Shown here: piece by piece, positions 7,936 to 16,387 of the stretch
How positions within the stretch are numbered: position 1 is the first letter of the stretch
Layout: every line of letters starts with the position of its first letter
Source of the DNA: Bacteriovoracia bacterium
Lineage (GTDB): Bacteria; Bdellovibrionota; UBA1018; JBFWNL01
Direction: 5' to 3'
Assembly (NCBI GenBank): GCA_050251055.1
Contig: JBFWNL010000012.1
Coordinates: 19,805-83,804, forward strand
Length of the DNA: 64,000 nucleotides
Program-made: the position numbers and the translations under genes
Notes under the pieces: model-generated
What the model saw: the letters and a program-made list of their open reading frames with translations, nothing else
Told to the model about the DNA's origin: nothing
Database searches by the model: none

Positions 7936-10392
7936 ATGTTCGCTTTGAGAACCATCACCGCTCGCATTTCCAGGACCGCCACCCCGGCCGTCGTCGCGGT
8001 ATGCCTCGCCGTCGGCTTGGCGGGATGCTCAAACGCGGGCTTCAAGTACGGCAACAAGGCGAAGAGCACGAATGGCCAGAATCTCAACACCACGAACGAA
8101 GTGAAGCTCACGATTTCGAACGTGACCGTCACGGCGCCCCAAGGCGCGCAAAACTACCAAGTTTCCATCTTCATGAGCTCGCAGAGCTCCGCGCCGCCCC
8201 TCACTGACTTTTGTAATCTTGCGGGAGGCGCCAATGCGTGCGTCTGCCGGGCGGCTTGGGTGGAGACCAACACGCAAGGAGGGGCCGTGGCGGCGATCAA
8301 CCGCGTGGTCGATATGCCGCTGACGCAAGTGCAGGGATTCTTCGCCTCCTGTAACGCGTTTCCTGCTTATGCCAACGAAGTCGCCGACGGTACGACGATC
8401 CAATTCTCCGTCGTCCCGTACGTGGGCAATCTTTCTGGCATCAAGATGACTCCGTTTGCCTACCTCAAAGGCGAGGCCTCGCAGGTACCCAGCGGCGGCG
8501 GGTTCTTCGACGACCAGGGCCGCCCCTTCAACAATATCCACCGCTATTCTTGTTACGATTCTTTCTACCGCGGGCGCAAGATCACGAGCAAAGTGCGCCG
8601 CCTCACCCATCCGAACGACGAAGGCACTTATAAAGACGGCGCCTCTTCCACTATGTTCTGTAAGGATGGCGACAACCAATCCGGCGAGCAGGAGTGCCTA
8701 GGCCATTGGAGCCCGAAGGTCCCCTCTTCCCAAAGCTACTATTACAATCTTTATATCAAGAGCGCGCAGTTGGGCGGCGTCAACCCGGAAAACGAATCGT
8801 TCGTTTGCCCGCGCGTGCAGGAACCGCTCGTTTCGGGCGGTGGCACCGTGGGCTGGCCGCTCGATTCCACCTTCGCGCTCTCCCAGGTGAAGAGTTCGGA
8901 CTTCTCGGTGCCAGTGGAAGCCGCCTCCGTGCTCGGTAACTCCGATCCCGGATCCAACAGCTCGACGCATGAGAGCTGCAACACCGATCCCAACGCCCAA
9001 CCGCCCGCGGGCGGCGACATGAATAATTCCATCGCTTTCAAGTGCCTGGGCTGGGCGAAGAAGCCCAATCCCAATGGGACCTGCCCCACCTTCAAGGACA
9101 GCACCGGCGTCACGCGCCAAACCTATCGCTTGCGGCGTTATTTCGCCGTCTATCCGTTCCGCTTCAAGACCGGCGGCCACTTCAAGCGTCGCCAGGCTCC
9201 GTCGGTGGACACGATTTATGTGCTCGATCGCCCGGTCAACTCGGGCGACCCGCTCAATCCCTATACGATGGCCGGACCGAAGCCCTGCCCGTTTGCCTAC
9301 TTTGATCAGACCGGTCTCTTCGGCAACAACGGCAGCACCATGGCGCAGGCCGGTGTATACGGTTTCAGCCAAAACAACCGCCCCTCGTATCGGGGTACGA
9401 ACTTCTCGGGTTGGGATGGCAAAAACGTCGACGGCACGAAGTTTCCGAACCTGGACCGTAAGCGCCCGGCGCCCGAAAGCGTCTTTTCCTGCGCGGCTAC
9501 GCTGCCGATCATCGCCTACGACGTAAACGGAAACCCGCTTGCGCTCACCTTCGGCACGAGCCACAGCACGAACGATCAGGTGATCGAAACCGGTGGTAGC
9601 GACATCGCCATGAGCGATGTATTCATCCGCGGCGTAAAGCCCTGGTCACCGCACTACGAGGAAGACCTTAGCTTCGAGGGCTGCGCGGCCGAATCCAACC
9701 CTTTCCGCGACGCCCCTTTGCACTTCGCCAAGGATTCAAGCGGCAACGTTTCGTGGTGCGCGGAAGCCTATCCGACGCAGAACTCATCGCCCAAGATCAT
9801 CGATCGCCGCATGGGAGCGCTCACCGGCGACGTTTCACCCAGCCAGGTGAAGAACTTCACCTCGCACGTGGTGAAAAATTCCGATAGCCCGGCGTGTTCG
9901 GCGACAATTCCGCCCGACCTGGAATTTCCTCCGGCTTACCCTGCATCTTCGTCTCCACCGAACGGAACCACCCTCGGCTCTATCCCGGGTTACCCCGTCG
10001 GCAACGTAACGAATCCTTGTGGAGCGGCTAACCCGAACACCTGCGGCGTGGCCCGGCACCCCTCATGGGTGCGTGCGGACGAAGGCTTAGGCTTCCCCGC
10101 CACCGGCGCCAACCGCACCTGCGACCGCACGGTGCTCGATCCGGGCGCGAACCGCACGAAATTCTATCCGCTCCTGGCGGAACCGCACGACGTCGAGCAG
10201 GCGCTCGTCACCGACAAGAGTTACAACTGCGTGGTCACCTACGATAATAACCACGGTAAACAAGGCACGACTACGCCTTCCACCGGTTGCTGCTCGCCCA
10301 CGCGAGTTTTCCTCAACACCGGCGGCGTCGTTCAGCCAACCGATCGCGCGCACCTCGAGCCCAATCGGGCTTGCCTAGTGCCGAACTATTAA
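7936..10392 (+). CDS. Cys-rich lipoprotein of unknown function (cluster gene D), paralog of gene C
   Basis: 818-aa ORF, canonical lipobox LAG-C, AGGAG upstream, many Cys. Confidence 0.85.
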   Translation: MFALRTITARISRTATPAVVAVCLAVGLAGCSNAGFKYGNKAKSTNGQNLNTTNEVKLTISNVTVTAPQGAQNYQVSIFMSSQSSAPPLTDFCNLAGGANACVCRAAWVETNTQGGAVAAINRVVDMPLTQVQGFFASCNAFPAYANEVADGTTIQFSVVPYVGNLSGIKMTPFAYLKGEASQVPSGGGFFDDQGRPFNNIHRYSCYDSFYRGRKITSKVRRLTHPNDEGTYKDGASSTMFCKDGDNQSGEQECLGHWSPKVPSSQSYYYNLYIKSAQLGGVNPENESFVCPRVQEPLVSGGGTVGWPLDSTFALSQVKSSDFSVPVEAASVLGNSDPGSNSSTHESCNTDPNAQPPAGGDMNNSIAFKCLGWAKKPNPNGTCPTFKDSTGVTRQTYRLRRYFAVYPFRFKTGGHFKRRQAPSVDTIYVLDRPVNSGDPLNPYTMAGPKPCPFAYFDQTGLFGNNGSTMAQAGVYGFSQNNRPSYRGTNFSGWDGKNVDGTKFPNLDRKRPAPESVFSCAATLPIIAYDVNGNPLALTFGTSHSTNDQVIETGGSDIAMSDVFIRGVKPWSPHYEEDLSFEGCAAESNPFRDAPLHFAKDSSGNVSWCAEAYPTQNSSPKIIDRRMGALTGDVSPSQVKNFTSHVVKNSDSPACSATIPPDLEFPPAYPASSSPPNGTTLGSIPGYPVGNVTNPCGAANPNTCGVARHPSWVRADEGLGFPATGANRTCDRTVLDPGANRTKFYPLLAEPHDVEQALVTDKSYNCVVTYDNNHGKQGTTTPSTGCCSPTRVFLNTGGVVQPTDRAHLEPNRACLVPNY

Positions 10393-10413
10393 CCAGAATC
10401 AACCCGGCGCTTT

Positions 10414-11640
10414 TTAGATTTTCTTGAGTCGGTCGCGAAATTCGCGAAACACGGCATGTAACCGTGGGTCGGGCGCCAGATAAGCCATCGCCACGCGCGC
10501 CCCGCTTTGCGCCATGCGTGCTTCCGCCACCGACTTGAAAAATCCCGCATCGAGCGTCTTGCGGATCGCCGCCGCATCCCACCCCGCGCCCCCTTTGCCG
10601 TAAGCCGCAAAGCGCGGATCGTCGGGATAGATTTCGTAGGCGTTCATGAGGCTTTTATAAAATTCCTGCAGTTTGCGGATCGCCTCTACTTTTTTGGGGT
10701 GGCGCTTGAGCGCCTGGAAAGCCTCGTTCTCCACCAGCAGGTGATACGTCTGCACGCGCTTTTTCTTGCTCTCGGCCGTGTCGGCCTGCGTCTGCAGGGT
10801 TTCCCAATCGAGCTTGGGCTCATCGCGCGTAGGATAAAAGTAACCTAGCGGTACCCCATCTTTGCCGATCACTTGAATGGACTGGACCTCGTTCGTCACC
10901 GGGTTCGCGAGCCGCCGATAGGTGCGCCCTCCCGCCTGGGCCGTCACCACCTCGAAGGGCTCGATCCATCCGCCGATCCACCACTGCCCCTGTACCTTGC
11001 CCAGCCGATGATCCACGTCATTGAGCTCGAGCACGGCGACGGCGCTAGCTCCCGCCGCCGCGAGCTTCTCCAGCTGCACGGGCAGAAGCAGCTCCGGTTT
11101 ATCTTTGATGAGCGACGCGAGCTTTCCGGGCGTCACGAGCGCCGTGCAAACCTCAAGCGACACCCGCTTCTTCAGCTCCGTCAGGCTCACTTCCGACTTC
11201 AAGGCGGTCGTGCGCTCCACAAGCCTCGGATCGGCGACCAGAGTTTCGGCGTCGTCCATGAGAAACGCGATCAAACGGCTTTCGGGTAGAGCGAGACGAA
11301 CGCTCGGGTGACCAGGCCGGGCGGCGCCCGCTTTCTCTTCGACCATCGTACTCAACAGGGGCGCGCGCGAAATCACGGTCGCGTCGCAGATAGCCTTGGG
11401 CAGCTGTTCGTTGAGTCGAAAAAACTCCTTCAACCCTTCCCCGCTTTGGGGCGTGGCCTCCGGCTTCGCCGGAAGCTCATCGCCCAACGCCGGACCCACC
11501 ATGCCCACGAAAGTCGCGAAGAGCCCCAGGCTCACCGCACCGACGAAAATACGCGCAAAACCAACGCCCGAGTGGCCCCAGAAGCGGCCCCAGAATTGGC
11601 CATGGACATGACGCGTGTTGACATTTAGGGGGAGAGCCAT
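10414..11640 (-). CDS. Hypothetical exported or membrane-anchored protein
   Basis: Long ORF with N-terminal hydrophobic segment (IFVGAVSLGLFATFVGMVGPALG); start uncertain; divergent from the RluA gene. Confidence 0.65.
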   Translation of the reverse strand: MALPLNVNTRHVHGQFWGRFWGHSGVGFARIFVGAVSLGLFATFVGMVGPALGDELPAKPEATPQSGEGLKEFFRLNEQLPKAICDATVISRAPLLSTMVEEKAGAARPGHPSVRLALPESRLIAFLMDDAETLVADPRLVERTTALKSEVSLTELKKRVSLEVCTALVTPGKLASLIKDKPELLLPVQLEKLAAAGASAVAVLELNDVDHRLGKVQGQWWIGGWIEPFEVVTAQAGGRTYRRLANPVTNEVQSIQVIGKDGVPLGYFYPTRDEPKLDWETLQTQADTAESKKKRVQTYHLLVENEAFQALKRHPKKVEAIRKLQEFYKSLMNAYEIYPDDPRFAAYGKGGAGWDAAAIRKTLDAGFFKSVAEARMAQSGARVAMAYLAPDPRLHAVFREFRDRLKKI

Positions 11641-11656
11641 TACGCCAGATCGTAGC

Positions 11657-12415
11657 ATGAAACAGTTTTCGATCCTATTCGAGGACGAATGCCTATTGGC
11701 AATCCATAAGCCCTCCGGGGTGCCGTCCATTCGCCAGACCGCGAACGATCAGGGTACCGTCGCCAACTTTGTCTTGGCCTACCGGCCCGAGCAAGCTCGA
11801 CTCGCGGTCGAAAGCCATCCGGCGGAGCTGGAAGCAGGCGCGCTCCATCGGCTGGACAACGGCACGAGCGGCGTACTTCTCTTCGCGAAAACTCCCGAAG
11901 CCTTCTTGGCGCTCAAGGCTGCCTGGAAAAAATCCGTGCGCAAACTTTACCGCGCCCGGTGCTCGGCGCATCCCAGCCCGATTGCCGCCCCACTGCCGCT
12001 GCCCCTGACCATCGACGTGCCGCTCGCGCGACCGCGCAAATCCAGCCGCCGGGTCATGCCCGCCGTCGGCACGTTCTCCAAGCGGGCCATCAGCGGCAAA
12101 CCCTTGCCCGCGCACACCATCGTCCACGCGGCGAAGCGCCACGGGGAAGTTTGGGATTTGGAAGTCGAGATCCGCACGGGCGTCATGCATCAGATCCGCT
12201 GCCACCTCGCCCACATCGGGCTGCCGATTCTGGGCGACGAGATCTACGGTGAAAAAAAAACGGCGCCCTCGTCGTCCACCGCTTCGGATAGTCGACTCTG
12301 GCTACATGCCTGGCGGTTGTGTTTCCTCCATCCGATAACCGGCAAGGAAACCGAGATCGAAGCGCCGCTGCCCGCCAATTGGAACACGGGCGCGGGCGAC
12401 CCGCCAAAAAACTAG
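11657..12415 (+). CDS. RluA-family pseudouridine synthase
   Basis: HKPSG, catalytic HRLDNGTSG, TGVMHQIRCH, PILGDEIYG and LHA motifs. Confidence 0.92.
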   Translation: MKQFSILFEDECLLAIHKPSGVPSIRQTANDQGTVANFVLAYRPEQARLAVESHPAELEAGALHRLDNGTSGVLLFAKTPEAFLALKAAWKKSVRKLYRARCSAHPSPIAAPLPLPLTIDVPLARPRKSSRRVMPAVGTFSKRAISGKPLPAHTIVHAAKRHGEVWDLEVEIRTGVMHQIRCHLAHIGLPILGDEIYGEKKTAPSSSTASDSRLWLHAWRLCFLHPITGKETEIEAPLPANWNTGAGDPPKN

Positions 12416-13305
12416 CGGCGGATCTCGCTATCCGCCGAATTCATCGGCGACTGAAAGCGATGAAAGTTCCCGCGCACAAAGCCGCTGAAGTTAGCGGACT
12501 GGACGGGACCCCGCGCGCGCGAATAGGACGACTTCACGCGATTGATTGAACCCGATAGATCATCCCCCTGGCGGTAGCGGGCCACGTCCTGGCTGAAACG
12601 CGAGGCATCCGACTCCAAATCGCGCAGATCACGAAGCGCGATGGGCTTCCAAGGGTCGCGAGGATCTTGCTGAGTTTCCCGTTGAGCATCCAAGACCAAG
12701 CTCCGGGAAAGACCGATCATTTCCTGGGCGTAGCCACGTAGACGCGCCAGATCCGGTCCCTTGGGCGGCTCTACCGGCTTACGGGGCGGTTGAACCGGTG
12801 GCGCGGGAGAAGGCACCGGTGCCGGGGTCACGGGCCGATCATAGGGGTCTTCGTATTGGCCACGATAGAAATAATTCAATATGGAGTAATACTCGCTTAG
12901 GAGCTGCGCATTATAAAACCAAGGGCGATTCTCATTCGTCTTCTCCACGGGAAGCTCGTCCGCCAGCGCCCGCGTCACGTTCCAGGTCTTAGCCAGTAAC
13001 TCGTACCCGGCGACCGTCTGGTCGGGCTCATTCATCGCCGCTTCCACCCGCATCCGAAAGGCGCGCGCGACCGCCGCGTACTTCTCGAGCCCGGCAATCA
13101 CCTCAGCATCGGTAGCCTCCCCATCGCGGACGTACTTACGGCCCTCGTCCAGCCACTTTTGCGAAAGGATTTCCATGCGTGAAGATACTTGAAGGACCGA
13201 GCCCATCTGATGGATTTGAGGCGCATTCACGCTTGCCTCGGCACTCAAGGCCCCGAATCCCGTGGATACAACCCATGCGATCAATGCGATGTATTTCGTT
13301 CTCAT
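12412..13305 (-). CDS. Secreted hypothetical protein, two helical domains joined by a Pro-rich linker
   Basis: 297-aa ORF, signal peptide ending AEA, PVTPAPVPSPAPPVQPP linker. Confidence 0.7.
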   Translation of the reverse strand: MRTKYIALIAWVVSTGFGALSAEASVNAPQIHQMGSVLQVSSRMEILSQKWLDEGRKYVRDGEATDAEVIAGLEKYAAVARAFRMRVEAAMNEPDQTVAGYELLAKTWNVTRALADELPVEKTNENRPWFYNAQLLSEYYSILNYFYRGQYEDPYDRPVTPAPVPSPAPPVQPPRKPVEPPKGPDLARLRGYAQEMIGLSRSLVLDAQRETQQDPRDPWKPIALRDLRDLESDASRFSQDVARYRQGDDLSGSINRVKSSYSRARGPVQSANFSGFVRGNFHRFQSPMNSADSEIRR

Positions 13306-13444
13306 CCCCTATCTCCCTCTGTGATGCCCCTTGCTGTAACAAACAATCCCCCGACCAGCAACCCGACTCCGGGTTCGGAAACCACCCTGCTTTGACTCAT
13401 TGCGTGATAACTGTTATAAATCCCATGGGCTTTCGCCCGAAACT

Positions 13445-14671
13445 ATGCGCGTGGCAGTTTTTCTTTTACTTCAAATACTTCTGGCGCTTCCCGCAAGCGC
13501 AGCATTCACTCCACCGATTCCAGTGAGCTGTCCCCAGCTTCACGAGGGTATTGCCTATCGAATCATTCCCGGAAAACGGCCTGACCTCCCGACCCTGGTT
13601 TTCTTCAATGGCGGCCCCGGGGAAGGGTCGACCCTCGTCTCTAATGCGCAAGTTCAAAGGGGGATCGGAACCACTGGGAATATCTTGGTATTTGACCCTC
13701 GCGGAACGGGCTGCACTCCACACTCCCCTCGTGACGATACCTCTGCGCTCGTGAACGACGTGGTCGCGCTGATCACTCGCCTTCACCGCGAACGACGCCT
13801 GCACGACTTCATTCTCTTTGGTCACTCGTACGGCAGCGTGCCGGCCACGCGGGTCGCGCATGCACTGGAAACCCTCCATCGTTCAAATCCTCGATCCCCG
13901 CTCCCCACCCATCTTGTGCTGCAAGGCGCTATCGGGCGCGCGTTCACTCAACCCAGCGAGCGCACGGACGTCTTGAATCAGCTTTTGACGCGCGTGCAAT
14001 CACAAGGTCCGTTCGCACTCGGTAGCGGAGACGCGTGGGGACACTTCGTTGGCTTGAGCCTGATCGACGACAACCCCGGCGCCTCGGCCCTCACCACTGC
14101 TGGCCAAACGCCTACCTCGCCCGTCGGCACCCTGCGCGATTCTCCCAGCGCCCGTTTGGTGTCGTGGCTCAAGCGCATGGGGACGCCCGAATTCGAGCGG
14201 CAGTTCTCTCGCCTCGGCCACGCCGGCAACCGCGCTCAACCCGTCACGGACTCGGTTAGGCACCGCCTCGCTTGCCGCGAACTGGGGTTAGAACCCACGC
14301 GCATCACCCTCGAGGGCGGTCGACTGCGGGAAATCAGCTTAGGCGCTTGCGGCAATACGCTGCGCCAAGAACCTTACGACGCCCGCCGCTATCCGCTAAA
14401 GACCCCGATTGTTTACTTTCTGGGCGGAGAGGACGCCCGCACCCCACGCTCGCAGGCGGAATATCATTTCGGCGCCCAGACCGGGGCGCGACGCCTCCTC
14501 ATCGAGATCCCGCACGCCGGGCACCAACCCCTGACCCTAGGCTTGTGGGATTGTCGGGCAAAGGTCTGGGAAGCCGTCAGCCAATCGCGGCTAGCGCGCG
14601 TGGAAGCCCTCGCCGCGCGTTGCGCGCCCACGCTGCGAAGCTGGTACGCGAACGCAAGCCGAGATCGTTAA
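13445..14671 (+). CDS. Secreted alpha/beta hydrolase (S33 prolyl-aminopeptidase-like)
   Basis: Signal peptide, NGGPG, DPRGTG, nucleophile GHSYG, Asp in GGED, His in AGH. Confidence 0.85.
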   Translation: MRVAVFLLLQILLALPASAAFTPPIPVSCPQLHEGIAYRIIPGKRPDLPTLVFFNGGPGEGSTLVSNAQVQRGIGTTGNILVFDPRGTGCTPHSPRDDTSALVNDVVALITRLHRERRLHDFILFGHSYGSVPATRVAHALETLHRSNPRSPLPTHLVLQGAIGRAFTQPSERTDVLNQLLTRVQSQGPFALGSGDAWGHFVGLSLIDDNPGASALTTAGQTPTSPVGTLRDSPSARLVSWLKRMGTPEFERQFSRLGHAGNRAQPVTDSVRHRLACRELGLEPTRITLEGGRLREISLGACGNTLRQEPYDARRYPLKTPIVYFLGGEDARTPRSQAEYHFGAQTGARRLLIEIPHAGHQPLTLGLWDCRAKVWEAVSQSRLARVEALAARCAPTLRSWYANASRDR

Positions 14672-14692
14672 GCCCGGGAGCGCGGCTCTCGC

Positions 14693-15604
14693 TTACTTAT
14701 GAGCCGCAGAAGGAGCGGCCGCGGCCGTGGATCGGCGCCGAGCCCGGAGCGCATCAACTCGCTCACGTAGATTCCAGAACGCGACATCAAGCCCCCGCAC
14801 CAAGGCGTTGCCGAACGCTCCGCGATTCACCTTTTGGTAAACCTTGAATTCGCCGATGGATGCGATTTTACGGAGTCCGAACCCGCGAATGTTCTTGCGG
14901 ATCGGGTTCGGGTCCATGAGGATGTGCGGCGTATCCGGTTCCTGGTGATAAAGTAAATTGAAGATAAAGTATCCGCCCGGCTTCAATCGCTCGGAAATCC
15001 CCCGCATGGTCGAGAGCGGATTCGCCACGTGCTCGAGTACGTCAAACGCAGTGACGAAATCATACTGTGCGCGCGGAAGCTCCTCACGCTCGAGATGTAT
15101 CAGGCGCGCATCCTTGATTTCCCGGCGGCGCAACCGCTGGGCCACGAAATCAAGATTCGCCTGCGAGACATCGGCAAAGTCACAGCGCACGCCTTGGCGG
15201 TTGAGATAAATCCCCAGGGTGCCGATTCCTGAGCCATAATCACAGCCTTTGAGCTTGCCGCCTTCACGCAGCAAGCGAGCGATACCTTCGAGCTGCGCCT
15301 GGCGCTCGAGGGTGGCATCAATGTCAATCGCGACGAGCTCGTAGCAGTAAAGGTTGAAATCGACGTAGAACGCCTTGACGTCCGCCTCATTCGTCGGATC
15401 GATCTTACGACGTTTCCATTCGGCGAAAATTCGATCCGGGGCCTGCTTGCACAAGCCGTAAAGCCCTTCGTCATCCAGCGCCGCCGATTGCGGATCGACG
15501 GTACGCAAGTACTCACGTAGCTCCGCGAGCAAAGCCGCGGGCAGTGCTCCGGCTCCGGCATAGGTCAGGGCGCGCTCATAATGCGGCTGATAGGCAGCGT
15601 GCAT
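14693..15604 (-). CDS. Class I SAM-dependent methyltransferase
   Basis: DYGSGIG motif I, FDVLEH, LKPGG; start chosen at MHAAYQ. Confidence 0.85.
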   Translation of the reverse strand: MHAAYQPHYERALTYAGAGALPAALLAELREYLRTVDPQSAALDDEGLYGLCKQAPDRIFAEWKRRKIDPTNEADVKAFYVDFNLYCYELVAIDIDATLERQAQLEGIARLLREGGKLKGCDYGSGIGTLGIYLNRQGVRCDFADVSQANLDFVAQRLRRREIKDARLIHLEREELPRAQYDFVTAFDVLEHVANPLSTMRGISERLKPGGYFIFNLLYHQEPDTPHILMDPNPIRKNIRGFGLRKIASIGEFKVYQKVNRGAFGNALVRGLDVAFWNLRERVDALRARRRSTAAAAPSAAHK

Positions 15605-15659
15605 GCCCCCAAGGTCTACCGAAGGGGTGTGGAAAACTAAAGCGAAAAGACCGGCCGGA

Positions 15660-16244
15660 CTAATGTAAAATCTGTGCGCCTTCGACGCTGCGAGCGGCGT
15701 CGGCCAGCCTTCCCCGCATGGTCTGCAAAGTCTGGCCCAGGGACTCCGCATTGCGGGCGTAGGCTTTCAAGTGGCTTGCCTGCGCGTCTTGTTGCAGCTT
15801 CTGGGCTTCCTCGACCAGCCCTCCCAAACGGGCGTCGAGTTCGGGCAAGTGGCTAACCGCCTCCGGCCCCTGAAGTTTACCCACGGCATCGCTCACTTCG
15901 CGGGCCTGATCACCCAAGTTTTGAAAACGTGCGAGCATCTGTTCGGCCACCTCTTGGCGGGCCTGGACGGAGGCGGCGCGGTTGGCGACGATCTGCGAAG
16001 CTCGCTCGGCCTGCATCCGCGCTTCTTCCAGCCGCTGGGCAAGGTTCTGAACGCCCGTGGCGATTCCCTGAGCGACGGCGCTGAACTTGCTCAACAGCTC
16101 GCGTGCACGCTCCAGCCCACCTTCTCCATCGAGCGAATGGCGATCGATATGGCCACTTAGACGATCGAGCTGACTGAACTGTTCGTCCAAATCAACGGCG
16201 GCTTGTAAGAAGGGGGACAATTCCGAGGATTTAGTTTGGCTCAT
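15660..16244 (-). CDS. Coiled-coil hypothetical protein
   Basis: 194-aa Ala/Gln/Leu/Glu-rich heptad-patterned ORF. Confidence 0.7.
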   Translation of the reverse strand: MSQTKSSELSPFLQAAVDLDEQFSQLDRLSGHIDRHSLDGEGGLERARELLSKFSAVAQGIATGVQNLAQRLEEARMQAERASQIVANRAASVQARQEVAEQMLARFQNLGDQAREVSDAVGKLQGPEAVSHLPELDARLGGLVEEAQKLQQDAQASHLKAYARNAESLGQTLQTMRGRLADAARSVEGAQILH

Positions 16245-16324
16245 ACCCGAGCGTTACAATGAAAAATCCCGTCTGGCGAGTGCTGTAGGTTCAGTTTTTC
16301 TAAACACCGGACGCGCGGCCCAGG

Positions 16325-16359
16325 AAAAAAAACGCCTGCCTACGAAATCGCAGGCAGGC
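16325..16359 (-). terminator. Rho-independent terminator of nrdJ
   Basis: Minus strand GCCTGCCTGCG-ATTT-CGTAGGCAGGC stem-loop followed by an 8-T run, just downstream of the nrdJ stop. Confidence 0.85.
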
Positions 16360-16387
16360 AATTACTTAAGTAAAATAAGCGCTTATA

